Source of the DNA: an uncultured Candidatus Saccharibacteria bacterium | Lineage (GTDB): Bacteria; Patescibacteriota; Saccharimonadia; Saccharimonadales; CAZJQT01 | DNA length: 64,000 nucleotides | NCBI GenBank assembly: GCA_964636215.1 | Contig: CAZWRJ010000002.1 | Coordinates: 20,967 to 84,966, forward strand | Direction of reading: 5' to 3' | In this document: positions 1 to 9,154 of the stretch, in pieces | Numbering within the stretch: the stretch's first letter is position 1 | Layout of the letters: each line of letters opens with the position of its first letter | Notes under the pieces: model-generated | Databases searched by the model: none | What the model saw: the letters and a program-made list of their open reading frames with translations, nothing else | What the model was told of the DNA's origin: nothing | Position numbers and translations under genes: made by a program

Positions 1-729
1 ATGAAGAGCGTTGAAAGTATGGAAAAATTCTTCTTGCATTTTTTCTTTACCAGCAATGAACTGCATATCGTCTACGATCAAAACGTCGGCACTACGGTAG
101 TGTTTAGCAAAATCGGTGGTTTTCTTAAACCTAAGAGCGTCGACAAATTCCTGGACGAACTGTTCGGTTGAGGCGTAAACCACTACAGCATTGGGGTTTT
201 TGGCTAAAATAGCGTTACCTACCGCTTGAACCAAGTGAGTTTTGCCTATGCCAACACCGCCATAAACGAACATCGGATTATATTTATTGCCTGGTGACTT
301 GGCTATAGCCTGGCAAGCGGCGTAGGCTAACTCATTACCGGCTCCCACCACAAAATTATCGAAGGTGTATCGTTCGTTTAATCCCTGACGGTAGCTGTGG
401 GTCAGGGTGTTGACGGGGGCTTGGCGGGTACTCGGACTATTAGTGAGAATAATTGGCTCTTCGGTTTCGGCTTTGGAGCTAGCAGCACCTGAATGTATCT
501 TATATTCCACCCTGGCCGGCTCCACACCATTTTTACTGAGTACTTGGATAACTAAGTCGTTGTACTTACTTTCTAATTGCTGTTTGATGAAAACGTTCGG
601 TACGCCAACCACTAATAAATCATCTTTTTGTCTGAGTAGCTGAGTCTTTTTAAACCAAGTCACAAAACTAGCATGTGAAATCGATAACTCAATTTCACCC
701 AAGACTGCTTGCCATAGGTCGTTTTGCAT
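1..729 (-). CDS. dnaA: Chromosomal replication initiator DnaA, N-terminal 243 codons (gene continues beyond the left window edge)
   Basis: Absent from the ORF track because it has no stop in the window. Reverse translation from ATG 729-727 gives MQNDLWQAVLGEIELSISHASFVTWFKKTQLL...YTFDNFVVGAGNELAYAACQAIA...NPMFVYGGVGIGKTHLVQAVGN...VLIVDDMQFIAGKEKMQEEFFHTFNALH. This shows DnaA domain I, Walker A GxGKTHL and Walker B. The gene is divergent from rpmH. Confidence 0.93.
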   Translation of the reverse strand, partial: MQNDLWQAVLGEIELSISHASFVTWFKKTQLLRQKDDLLVVGVPNVFIKQQLESKYNDLVIQVLSKNGVEPARVEYKIHSGAASSKAETEEPIILTNSPSTRQAPVNTLTHSYRQGLNERYTFDNFVVGAGNELAYAACQAIAKSPGNKYNPMFVYGGVGIGKTHLVQAVGNAILAKNPNAVVVYASTEQFVQEFVDALRFKKTTDFAKHYRSADVLIVDDMQFIAGKEKMQEEFFHTFNALH

Positions 730-775
730 CCCCAGCTCCCTTACTAAGTAGTAACTATACGTCACCAACACAGAG

Positions 776-900
776 TTTTCCACAAGTTTGCAAATTGCTC
801 CCGTGTTTCTTTAAAAATTCATCCAAACAGAGCATTGCTTATGCACATTAATAAAGACCATCTGTTAATCTGTGGATAATTCTTATTATAAAGTGGAAAA
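776..900. promoter_or_regulatory. DnaA-box cluster in the dnaA-rpmH spacer (candidate oriC part and/or dnaA autoregulatory region)
   Basis: TTTTCCACA at 776-784 (+); TTATGCACA at 839-847 (+); perfect TTATCCACA on the reverse strand at 871-879 (TGTGGATAA); TTTTCCACT on the reverse strand at 892-900. The surrounding sequence is AT-rich. Confidence 0.6.
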
Positions 901-989
901 CTTGCTATAATTAGTGGGTAAATATTGTCAAAATAACGTAGCTTAGGCCACCTACTTAGGCCGTGCTACACTGGCTATAACAAAAGACT

Positions 990-1127
990 ATGCCTAAACG
1001 AACCTATCAACCCAAGAAACGCCAACGTGCCAAAGAGCACGGTTTCATGAAGCGTATGACCTCACGGGCTGGCCGCCGCGTGCTAAGACAGCGCCGCCAA
1101 AAAAGCCGTACACGCCTAAGCGCTTAA
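990..1127 (+). CDS. rpmH: 50S ribosomal protein bL34
   Basis: Below the ORF-track size cutoff. ATG at 990, TAA at 1125-1127. The product [45 protein letters not shown] is a canonical L34 sequence, and rnpA follows immediately. Confidence 0.95.
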   Translation: MPKRTYQPKKRQRAKEHGFMKRMTSRAGRRVLRQRRQKSRTRLSA

Positions 1128-1146
1128 TTTTTGGCTGAGAATTTCT

Positions 1147-1524
1147 ATGATTGCCAGAACGAATCGCTTCCACGGTCGAGCTTCGCTGCGCTACGTCTAT
1201 CAGCGTGGGACTACCGTACGTGGTCCAATTCTGTCGCTTAAATACGTTTTTAACCCTAAGCGTAATGCCTATCGTTTGGCGGTAGTGGTTAGTAAAAAAG
1301 TTAATAAATCAGCGGTTAGTCGTAACCGTATGCGTCGGCGAATTTACGAAGTTATTCGTCAACTAAACCCGCCTATCGTTGAAGCCTATGATATGGTCAT
1401 AACAGTTTTTCACGAACAGCTGCTTGAGCTATCATCGCCTAAACTTGAACAGATGATCAAGGCTCAACTAAAACAAGCTGACATTATCAAAGGCAAAAAG
1501 CCGACCACAGGGCCTAATGATTAG
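1147..1524 (+). CDS. rnpA: Ribonuclease P protein component
   Basis: A 125-aa basic protein directly after rpmH. It carries an RNR-type motif (KSAVSRNRMRRRIYE) and sits in the conserved rpmH-rnpA-yidC order. Confidence 0.88.
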   Translation: MIARTNRFHGRASLRYVYQRGTTVRGPILSLKYVFNPKRNAYRLAVVVSKKVNKSAVSRNRMRRRIYEVIRQLNPPIVEAYDMVITVFHEQLLELSSPKLEQMIKAQLKQADIIKGKKPTTGPND

Positions 1525-1562
1525 TCCGTCTCGTGCTAACATAGAGGAGAAAGAGAGGAAAT

Positions 1563-2507
1563 ATGCCCGTTGCCTCGGTGTTTGAAGTACTTGTTGTTAA
1601 GCCCATTTTTAACCTATGGGTGTTAATTTATAGCTTTCTCCCAGGCCATAATTTTGGACTGAGTATTATCCTATTTACCGTTGTGGTTCGGCTTCTAATG
1701 TGGCCACTGGTCAAAAAACAGCTTCATCAAGCTAAAGCCATGCGCCAGCTTCAGCCTGAACTAAAACGTATCAAAGCAGCTACCAAAGGCAACAAACAAC
1801 AAGAGTCGATGATGCTCATGGAGCTTTATAAAGAGCGTGGCATTAGTCCTTTTGGGTCAATTGGCACTTTAATTGTTCAGCTAATCATCTTGATTGGTCT
1901 ATATTCCGGCCTAAGACGGGTAGTGGCTGATCCTCACGCCATAATTACCTACTCCTACGACTGGATGCATAACATTGGTTGGTTAAAGACCTTAGCGGAG
2001 GATATTAAGCAGTTTGACGCTACTTTGCTTGGTTTTATTGATCTTACTCGCAGTGCCTTGAATCCTGGCGGCGGTTTTTACTTCCCGGCTTTGATTCTAG
2101 TGCTTGGTAGTGCCGTAGCCCAGTATTTTCAAGGCAAGCAACTAATGCCGCAGGCTAAAGAATCACGCGGGCTAAGGGCTATTTTGCGCGAGGCTAGTTC
2201 AGGCAAAAAAGCCGACCAATCTGAAGTCAATGCTGCCGTAGGGCGGGGCACGCGCTACATGTTGCCGGCCTTTATCATATTCTTCACCATCAGCCTGCCG
2301 GCGGCTCTGTCACTCTACTGGCTGTCTAGCGGAGTAGTGGCCTACATTCAGCAAGCACGTATTCTAGGACGTGATGAAACTGAGCTCGAGGCCTTGGCTG
2401 ATAAAGCGAGCGGCCCGATTATCGAAGGGGAAGTTGTTGAAAAATCTCAAACTAAAAAAACTAAAACCAGCAAAAAATCCGCTAAAAAGCGTAAGCGGAG
2501 AAAATAA
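1563..2507 (+). CDS. yidC: Membrane protein insertase YidC/Oxa1 family (short, Gram-positive type)
   Basis: A 314-aa polytopic protein with LLMWPLVKKQ...MRQLQPELKRIK and a lysine-rich C-tail. A strong SD (GAGGAGAAAGAGAGG) precedes the ATG. Synteny with rnpA and jag supports the call. Confidence 0.88.
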   Translation: MPVASVFEVLVVKPIFNLWVLIYSFLPGHNFGLSIILFTVVVRLLMWPLVKKQLHQAKAMRQLQPELKRIKAATKGNKQQESMMLMELYKERGISPFGSIGTLIVQLIILIGLYSGLRRVVADPHAIITYSYDWMHNIGWLKTLAEDIKQFDATLLGFIDLTRSALNPGGGFYFPALILVLGSAVAQYFQGKQLMPQAKESRGLRAILREASSGKKADQSEVNAAVGRGTRYMLPAFIIFFTISLPAALSLYWLSSGVVAYIQQARILGRDETELEALADKASGPIIEGEVVEKSQTKKTKTSKKSAKKRKRRK

Positions 2508-2509
2508 TT

Positions 2510-2998
2510 ATGACCAGTGAAGAGCAGCCGGTTAACGATTCAATCGAAGAGGCGATTCAGTTTGCCAAGAAGTATCTAGAGGATATTCTGTCTTTTTTTG
2601 GGCTTAATACCGACGTATACGCCACTACTGAAGATCATGAAGTGATTGAACTTAATGTACCGAGTACTCATATGAACGGCTTTTTAATCGGTAGCCATGG
2701 TGATACGGTTAGGGCCCTACAGTTTCTGACTAGTAATGCCCTGAAGAGTGCTAACTACGGCTTCAACCGGGTTAATATCGACATTGCCGACTACAAGAAG
2801 GCCCGAGCAGGTCGACTAGCTGAAAAAGCCCAAGAATGGGTCAAGGCTGTCAAAGACAGCGGCGAACCGATGCACCTGGAGCCAATGAGTGCTGTTGATC
2901 GTCGAACGGTTCATAAAGCAGCCAGCGAAGCTGGCCTAGTTACTGAGTCGGAAGGCGAAGGTCCGGATCGTCATGTAGTGCTCAAACCGGCTGCTTAG
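2510..2998 (+). CDS. jag: Jag/KhpB-like RNA-binding protein (KH + R3H domains)
   Basis: 162 aa with an R3H-type C-terminus (VDRRTVHKAASEAGLVTESEGEGPDRHVVL). It lies immediately downstream of yidC, with its ATG in TAATTATG. Confidence 0.8.
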   Translation: MTSEEQPVNDSIEEAIQFAKKYLEDILSFFGLNTDVYATTEDHEVIELNVPSTHMNGFLIGSHGDTVRALQFLTSNALKSANYGFNRVNIDIADYKKARAGRLAEKAQEWVKAVKDSGEPMHLEPMSAVDRRTVHKAASEAGLVTESEGEGPDRHVVLKPAA

Positions 2999-4088
2999 GG
3001 CCCTCTAAAACTTCTTGATAAACCGCCAAAGTTTGTTCGGCCATACGTCGCCAGGAAAATTTAGCAACTTGTTTTTTACCAGCACTAATCAAGTTTTTGC
3101 GGCGCTTGTCGTTACTAATAACTCTTCGTATAGCCGCGGCCATATCTTCAATATCTAGCGGATCAAAATACTCAGCGGCGTCACCATGAACTTCTGGTAG
3201 GCAAGTAGCGTTACTACTGACTACTGGCGCTCCATGCATCATAGCTTCCAGCCCTGGCAGACCGAAGCCTTCGCTCAAGCTAGGGAAGACATAAGCGGCC
3301 GTGTGTTGGTATAGCCACTTAAGCTGTCCTTCGCTGACAAAACCGGTAAAGACGATGTCTGGGGTCAGATTCTTAGTCTTTTTCTCCATACGCCTAGAAA
3401 GAGCATCTTTTTTGCCGACTAGGATTAGTTTAAGATCCGGATAAGTTTGTTTTAGTAGTGCGAAGGCCTCACAGAGTCTGTCCAGGTTCTTGTGGGGCAT
3501 CCACCGGCCAACATACATGATGTATTGACTGTTTCCCAAGCCTTCAACAGGCTCGGTACCATCAATTATTTTGTCAGCGGCTTCCAGAGTTACAGTAATT
3601 TTACGGCTGTTTACGCCCGTAAACCGAGCGACATCTTCTTTAACAAACTCAGTGGGGGTTATTAGGGCAACAGACTTATGAGCAGCTCGTTTATTTAACC
3701 AAACATACACCCAACGCTTGATGGTAAAAATCAACCAATTTTTGGTGGGGTTACGGAAGCGCACTGTTGTCAGGTCTTGCATGGTGGTCACTACTTTGCC
3801 GTGGTAAAAAATTGGTTGTTGAACCATCGGAAAGTGCACCAAGTCCGGTTGTAGTTTTTTGATCTGCTTCAAAAAACCAATTTGCTCTGTGAAAGAAAAC
3901 TCTTTATAAGGACATTCAATTTTCTTGAATTTCTTGTTGGTTGGCGCCCAGCTCTCAAAATCTTTGGGCTTTATCAGGACGTTATAACTATTGATGTGGT
4001 CGATTTGTTGGAGATAATGAAGCAATCTCTCCACATAGCGTCCAGTACTGGTCCTTAGCTCCCGGGCATCTATAATAATCTTAGACAT
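2982..4088 (-). CDS. Glycosyltransferase, GT4 (group 1) family
   Basis: 368 aa with a C-terminal GT-B EX7E region (FPSLSEGFGLPGLEAMMHGAPVVSSN). Its 3' end overlaps the jag 3' end by 17 nt (convergent). Confidence 0.85.
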   Translation of the reverse strand: MSKIIIDARELRTSTGRYVERLLHYLQQIDHINSYNVLIKPKDFESWAPTNKKFKKIECPYKEFSFTEQIGFLKQIKKLQPDLVHFPMVQQPIFYHGKVVTTMQDLTTVRFRNPTKNWLIFTIKRWVYVWLNKRAAHKSVALITPTEFVKEDVARFTGVNSRKITVTLEAADKIIDGTEPVEGLGNSQYIMYVGRWMPHKNLDRLCEAFALLKQTYPDLKLILVGKKDALSRRMEKKTKNLTPDIVFTGFVSEGQLKWLYQHTAAYVFPSLSEGFGLPGLEAMMHGAPVVSSNATCLPEVHGDAAEYFDPLDIEDMAAAIRRVISNDKRRKNLISAGKKQVAKFSWRRMAEQTLAVYQEVLEGPKQPV

Positions 4089-5091
4089 GTTTACCCCTTA
4101 GTTTCCACCATTTATTTCGAAACTTCCTGAGGGCATGTGCATTAGGTGGTAAGTCGTGTGTCATCATCTTCCAAATATAGTCTACGCTGACTTGGCGAGC
4201 GGCTTGGATTTTTCGCCGTTCGAATAGTTTTTTGGGCATTAGCACCAAGGCCACCAAAACCCCTTTTAGTGCAGGCCAACCTTGGCCGCGGGTGACAGCT
4301 TTAAAAAAGAATAGTGTATCGGCGAGAGCCAGCCTAGGCATTACACGAGGCATTAATTTAATCGGTACATTTTTCCAAAACAGTAAAGGCAGGTTTTTCA
4401 GGGTTTGGTAGGTCGTGAAGCCTTTAATCTTGCTGCTGGTGGCGCCGATTTGATGATAACCGATGGCTTTAGGAGCATATCTAACTTTCCAACCAGCTAA
4501 TTGAGCTCGAAAACTGATATCCACATCTTCGTAATAGGCGAAGAAATTCTCGTCAAACAGATCAATTTTCCTAAGCATCTTTACCCTGTAAAGACTTGCG
4601 CCACCGGAGGCCGCAAAAATGTTGGTATCTTGATCATACTTATTACTAACAGGATCATCTCTTCCTCTTGGGAAAGGCAGACCCCAAATACTGTACCCCT
4701 CGCCAGTGCTATCGAACTCACTACCAGTAGAATTTAACAACTTACAAGTTACAATTCCACACCTTTCGTCTTCATCCAAGACTTCTTTTAAGTGCTTCAA
4801 CCAATCTTTGTCGGCAACGGCGTCATTATTAAACAAAGCCACATATTCAGCACCGTTATCAATAGCAAATTTAATTCCAACGTTCACTCCACCAGCAAAT
4901 CCCAAATTTTTCTGATTCTTCAGCAGCGTAACGCCCGGATAATTTTTTTCAATATAATCTACCGATTCATCAATAGACCCATTATCCACGACAATAAGCT
5001 CGGCTTTTATAGTTTGGGCTAACAAAGAGTCTATAGCCTTGCCAATTGAGTCAACGCCATTCCAGTTAGGTATTATGACTGTCGCTTTCAT
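4081..5091 (-). CDS. Glycosyltransferase, GT2 family
   Basis: 336 aa. The N-terminus reads KATVIIPNWNGVDSIGKAIDSLLAQT..ELIVVDNGSIDES, with FNNDAV and YEDVDISFR further on, all typical of GT-A/GT2. It overlaps both neighbours by 4-8 nt. Confidence 0.85.
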   Translation of the reverse strand: MKATVIIPNWNGVDSIGKAIDSLLAQTIKAELIVVDNGSIDESVDYIEKNYPGVTLLKNQKNLGFAGGVNVGIKFAIDNGAEYVALFNNDAVADKDWLKHLKEVLDEDERCGIVTCKLLNSTGSEFDSTGEGYSIWGLPFPRGRDDPVSNKYDQDTNIFAASGGASLYRVKMLRKIDLFDENFFAYYEDVDISFRAQLAGWKVRYAPKAIGYHQIGATSSKIKGFTTYQTLKNLPLLFWKNVPIKLMPRVMPRLALADTLFFFKAVTRGQGWPALKGVLVALVLMPKKLFERRKIQAARQVSVDYIWKMMTHDLPPNAHALRKFRNKWWKLRGKHV

Positions 5092-6791
5092 GTTTGCATG
5101 ATATCAGAATAGAGATCTTCAAGGATAAACTCAGGTACTGATGTCTTTTCCTTCATGAGTTTTGGCTGCCATCTACCAGTAGGTATACTAAACCCCTTCT
5201 TGTCCCTACTTATTATTTCTTTTGGAAGTCTTTTTATAAATGCATATTTCATCAACCCCTTAAGTTCTTTACCGTGATACCTAATTTTTTCTGGAACTGA
5301 GAAAACAAACTCAATCAGTTCAGTTGACAGTAAAGGCACTCGGCACTCAAGAGCAACTGCCATACTTGCTCTATCAACCTTAGTTAAAATATCGTCATGA
5401 AGGTAGGTATGGAAATCCATGAACTGTAGCCGAGTAAAGAGGGGTAAATCTTTTCTATAAAACTTTCTGAAGTACCAATAATCATCATACGAATCAGGTA
5501 TTTTTAAGGAAGTTTTATATTCTTTCTTTTCCTCTTTTGTTAGCCCCGCCATAAGTTTTGTATAGTATCCAAACTCTAAATCCAATAACTTATCCTTGGC
5601 AAACAACCTGATTGCTGTACGTTTTATTTTTGGTAAATTATCCTTTACATATTTTTCAACTCCGTCTTCAAATTGTTTATACCAATTGTATCCACCAAAA
5701 ACTTCGTCGCCACCATCACCAGTTAATACCACTGTAGAGTTAGTTTTTGCCAGCTTTGAAACTGTGTAAACAGGGAAAGCTGAGGTATCAGCAAAAGGTT
5801 CGTCATACCAACCCCTAAGTCTATTAAATATTTTTTTAACTTCACCGACTGAAATTTTTTTGTTGGTGTGTTTTGTTTTAAATTTATCAGCAACAATTTT
5901 AGCAAAATGAGTTTCATCATGTTCTTTTATATCGAAACCTATGGAGTATGTATTTATTTGATCTATAAATTTACTGGCTGATGCCACTATGGTGCTTGAA
6001 TCCATACCTCCGCTTAAAAAAAAGCCCACAGGAACATCACTCATTAATTGTTCCTCAACCGCCTTATCCACTAGATACCTGACTTTTTTTGCGGCATCCC
6101 CCAACGAAATTGACTTTTCTTTAATCACCAATTCCCAATATTTCTCTTCAGAAACCTCTTTGGTTAATAAGTCGTATTCTAAATAATGAGCGGGAGTAAG
6201 TTTACGTATTTCCTTGTAGAGTGATTTTGGGGTTGGTATATAGCGGTAAGTCAGATAATCATAAACAGCGGTGTAGTCAACTTCCAAAACCTCATCCTTA
6301 TAAAACTCAGTGATCGCTTTTAACTCTGAAGCCCAGGCTAACTGATTGTTAACTAAAGAATAATACATGGGCTTTATGCCAACCCTGTCTCTCGCCAAAT
6401 ACAATTTGTTTTTCTTAATGTCGTAAAGAACAAAAGAGAACATACCTTCAATACGCGTTAGTAATTTTTCAATACCCCACTCTAGGTACCCATAGATTAA
6501 AACTTCAGAGTCGGAACCACTTGTAAAAGTATATTTTTTTTCAAGTTGATACTTTAACTTTTTAAAGTTGTAAATCTCGCCGTTAACAGTCAGAACGATA
6601 TCATGTTGAGCCATTGGTTGTCTTCCTTTGTCGGAAGTGTCCATGATACTTAGTCTTCTATGGCCAAGATACACAGCTTCATTATTCCAATCACCCCACT
6701 GATCAGGTCCCCTGTGTTTTAATTTATTTAGGGCTTGTCTTGAATGATTTATATTCTCTATAGGTTTGATATGACCAAAAATCCCACACAT
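5088..6791 (-). CDS. Asparagine synthase (glutamine-hydrolysing) family amidotransferase
   Basis: 567 aa. MCGIFG supplies the N-terminal nucleophile Cys2 of a class II GATase, and SGGMDSS is the PP-loop. The gene is embedded in the glycan operon. Confidence 0.85.
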   Translation of the reverse strand: MCGIFGHIKPIENINHSRQALNKLKHRGPDQWGDWNNEAVYLGHRRLSIMDTSDKGRQPMAQHDIVLTVNGEIYNFKKLKYQLEKKYTFTSGSDSEVLIYGYLEWGIEKLLTRIEGMFSFVLYDIKKNKLYLARDRVGIKPMYYSLVNNQLAWASELKAITEFYKDEVLEVDYTAVYDYLTYRYIPTPKSLYKEIRKLTPAHYLEYDLLTKEVSEEKYWELVIKEKSISLGDAAKKVRYLVDKAVEEQLMSDVPVGFFLSGGMDSSTIVASASKFIDQINTYSIGFDIKEHDETHFAKIVADKFKTKHTNKKISVGEVKKIFNRLRGWYDEPFADTSAFPVYTVSKLAKTNSTVVLTGDGGDEVFGGYNWYKQFEDGVEKYVKDNLPKIKRTAIRLFAKDKLLDLEFGYYTKLMAGLTKEEKKEYKTSLKIPDSYDDYWYFRKFYRKDLPLFTRLQFMDFHTYLHDDILTKVDRASMAVALECRVPLLSTELIEFVFSVPEKIRYHGKELKGLMKYAFIKRLPKEIISRDKKGFSIPTGRWQPKLMKEKTSVPEFILEDLYSDIMQT

Positions 6792-6793
6792 GA

Positions 6794-7738
6794 TCAGTGG
6801 CTCCTAGTAGACCCCAAAGAAAGCCTACCTTTAACCGTCGTAACGAATATCCGTTTAAAAGGGTTTTTGGGAACATAAGGTCTCCCCCAACTGTCAATCT
6901 CGGACTTAACTAAGTAATACTCTTCGGGCGGTACAAAATTACGTATTAGTTTATCAACATATGCTAAATCAATCTCTTTTTTAATTTTCGATTTTTCTTT
7001 AAGTTTTGATAACTTCAAGAATTTCAAAAATTCTTGAGTAGCTTCGTTTTTGTCCAAAAGAAGCTTCTCGGCATGCTTTTGGCCTACTAAAAATCCAGCT
7101 AACAAAACCGCAAAATCCCTATCCTCTCTGTTGCTCCTTTGCCAGTAAGGTACAAGAATATGTGCTAACGAACCATGCTTAATGCCATGCGTGAAGCCCT
7201 TTCGGAAAATGTCAGAATAATACTGTTCAAAATCATGTAAGCCGCAAACAATATCTGTTATGTCTACATAGTAACCTATAGCATGCATTTGTCTGATCAC
7301 ATATGTTTCAGGACGAACATTAACATCAGGTATAAATCGAATCGCTTTTGGGAGTAATTTTGTACGATAAAGCTTTATGCCACCTACACGCGTACCGCCA
7401 AAAAATTTATCTAACATCTCAGATTGTATCGTGAAAACTGAACCGGGGAAACTCTCGGCTCTCGTGAGGAGCTCTTGTAATGCACCACTACGTAATAAGA
7501 TATCGGCATCTATTACAGCAGTCCATTTCCTCCCCTCGCGCATACCTATCTCATATGATTTCCTGAGAGCAACACTAAAAGGATTTTCGTTAACGACAAA
7601 AACATTGTCATTACCAATTTCGGTTTCGAGTAACTTTATACAAGCAGAGTCAGTCCTTTCACCAATACTACGAACAATAACTATCATATGTCTGGCTAAA
7701 CCTGACTTATCATATGAATGTATACTGGATCTACTCAT
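6794..7738 (-). CDS. Hypothetical protein, possible GT-A-fold nucleotide-sugar transferase
   Basis: 314 aa with a Rossmann-like start (MIVIVRSIGERTD) and a DxD-like IDADILL. It is translationally coupled to the upstream gene (ATGA overlap at 7735-7738). I recognised no family. Confidence 0.4.
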   Translation of the reverse strand: MSRSSIHSYDKSGLARHMIVIVRSIGERTDSACIKLLETEIGNDNVFVVNENPFSVALRKSYEIGMREGRKWTAVIDADILLRSGALQELLTRAESFPGSVFTIQSEMLDKFFGGTRVGGIKLYRTKLLPKAIRFIPDVNVRPETYVIRQMHAIGYYVDITDIVCGLHDFEQYYSDIFRKGFTHGIKHGSLAHILVPYWQRSNREDRDFAVLLAGFLVGQKHAEKLLLDKNEATQEFLKFLKLSKLKEKSKIKKEIDLAYVDKLIRNFVPPEEYYLVKSEIDSWGRPYVPKNPFKRIFVTTVKGRLSLGSTRSH

Positions 7739-9111
7739 TGGACGGCCAACAGCTTATTAAACTCTTTTAGTATTGTGTAATCATATTTATGTGCTGTAAG
7801 AATGAAAGCGGGATGATTTCTAATACCGGTTGGTGGTTTGGTAAGGGGATACCAATCCAGATTATATTTTGATAACGAATAAGGAAAACTAAGCTGATCT
7901 CTCCTGCTAAATTTTAGAATTTGATTCCACCAAGTTTCCATGGCCTTGTTTACTTCCTTTTCTTTGTCACGAAGGTTAAAGGCTAAGAAATTACACTCGC
8001 CTAATTTATTATCAACGTAACCCTGTTGTTTATAAAAATCCACCTGACGCTTCATTGTACTAAAATCTTCTTTCTTAGCTTCTACGCAAGCCTTGAATTC
8101 TTCGTAAATAGTTTTTCTTAAAGGATGGATACTTGCACCAATGGCTTTACCCGAGCGCATAAACTTATCTAGAATCGGATAGATATCTCCCACAATCATT
8201 AGGTTTGAATCTATCCAAACCACAAGATCATAACCTTTAAATAAAACATGAGGATGCATTTTGGCGTAACGGGAAAGACGAGCATTGTCTATTTCAAGTT
8301 GGGGTAACGGGCGTATATCATAAAAGCCCATATCATTACATTGCGAGTCTGTATAAACAACGTAATTAAAACGACTATCCAACACCTCGTGTGGCTTTAG
8401 GGTATCGTATCCTTCTGTGAACGACGTTACGATAGCAATCTTTGGTTTATTTTTCTTCTTGTCAAAAATATAATCACTAACTAGTTTTTTGTAGACCTTT
8501 ATGTTTATTAGCCTTTTTATAACACTCATTTGCAATCTGGCATAAAGCTTAGCACCGTTCTCAGATTCAACTGATGTATCCAAAACAGCTTTCCAAGCAA
8601 CTAGTGCATTCTTCCAGTCTTTCTTCGCCGTTATAGACTCAGCCAGCTCAGTTAAAAGGGGAGTATCCTTAGGGTAATCTCTTAAAGCTTCCTTAGCTAT
8701 GGTCTGAGCTTCGCTAAACTTTTTACCGTGGCGAAGGGCCCTACAAAGTCTTATATAAACCGAGACCGGAACACTTCCACCAAGCTCTTTTTTTACATAC
8801 TTCCATTTTTTTATGGCAGAAGTCCAATCCTCAGTATCCATATCTATTTCGGCTTGTTCAATAGAAAGAGATACGTAATTCGGATGAAGTTTTAACCCTT
8901 TTTGTAAAACAGCTTCTGCTTTCTCGTATTGGTGCATATTCTTGTAAGAACGAGCTAACTTTAAAAAAACGCTTTTAGGGGTCCTAGGACCAAGTCTTTT
9001 AATCACTAGGCGCAGGTTCCTGATGGCCCGTAGCCAATCTTTCTGAGCTATTGCGATATCGGCGCGCTCAACATATTTCTCGGGTTTTCTGATCGGTAAA
9101 TACAAGAACAT
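7735..9111 (-). CDS. TPR-repeat protein fused to a DUF616 (TOD1/MUCI70-like) putative glycosyltransferase domain
   Basis: 458 aa. The N-terminal ~200 aa have TPR-like helices (AIRNLRLV..YEKAEAVLQKGLKLHPNY..). The C-terminal half carries LSRYAKMHPHVLFKGYDLVVWIDSNLMI and RDQLSFPYS, as in DUF616. Confidence 0.55.
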   Translation of the reverse strand: MFLYLPIRKPEKYVERADIAIAQKDWLRAIRNLRLVIKRLGPRTPKSVFLKLARSYKNMHQYEKAEAVLQKGLKLHPNYVSLSIEQAEIDMDTEDWTSAIKKWKYVKKELGGSVPVSVYIRLCRALRHGKKFSEAQTIAKEALRDYPKDTPLLTELAESITAKKDWKNALVAWKAVLDTSVESENGAKLYARLQMSVIKRLINIKVYKKLVSDYIFDKKKNKPKIAIVTSFTEGYDTLKPHEVLDSRFNYVVYTDSQCNDMGFYDIRPLPQLEIDNARLSRYAKMHPHVLFKGYDLVVWIDSNLMIVGDIYPILDKFMRSGKAIGASIHPLRKTIYEEFKACVEAKKEDFSTMKRQVDFYKQQGYVDNKLGECNFLAFNLRDKEKEVNKAMETWWNQILKFSRRDQLSFPYSLSKYNLDWYPLTKPPTGIRNHPAFILTAHKYDYTILKEFNKLLAVQ

Positions 9112-9154
9112 TGGTTTAATTCTACGTCATTTAACCCTATAATATCTAAGCTAG

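Noticed and set aside
407-643. Track ORFs lying antisense or out of frame inside longer, motif-supported genes: 407-643, 4501-5022 (three ORFs), 5723-6186, 7377-7760, 10407-10930, 11154-11513, 11956-12664, 13219-13538, 16152-16767, 17884-18072, 20888-21862, 22146-22886, 25800-25982, 26075-26455, 27833-28027, 28314-28646, 29340-29791, 33180-33491, 34038-34486, 35343-35531, 36996-37553, 37730-38098, 38312-38554, 40459-41345, 41939-42219, 43255-43875, 45333-45518, 46451-46642, 46915-47157, 49212-49500, 50798-51202, 51887-52348, 52839-53605, 54096-54308, 54797-54979, 55320-55805, 56315-56521, 57008-57340, 58442-58818, 59037-59222 and 62871-63161.
   Set aside because: Each of these overlaps a gene with clear family motifs or a much longer ORF on the other strand or frame. 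Their translations are low-complexity, Cys/Ser/Leu-rich shadow sequences without SD or promoter support.
2982-2998. Convergent 3'-end overlaps (jag/GT4, 17 nt; nadD/CPA2 at 38264-38294, 31 nt) as antisense regulatory features.
   Set aside because: Short tail-to-tail overlaps are common in compact genomes. I see no hairpin or conserved element within them that would indicate a specific mechanism.
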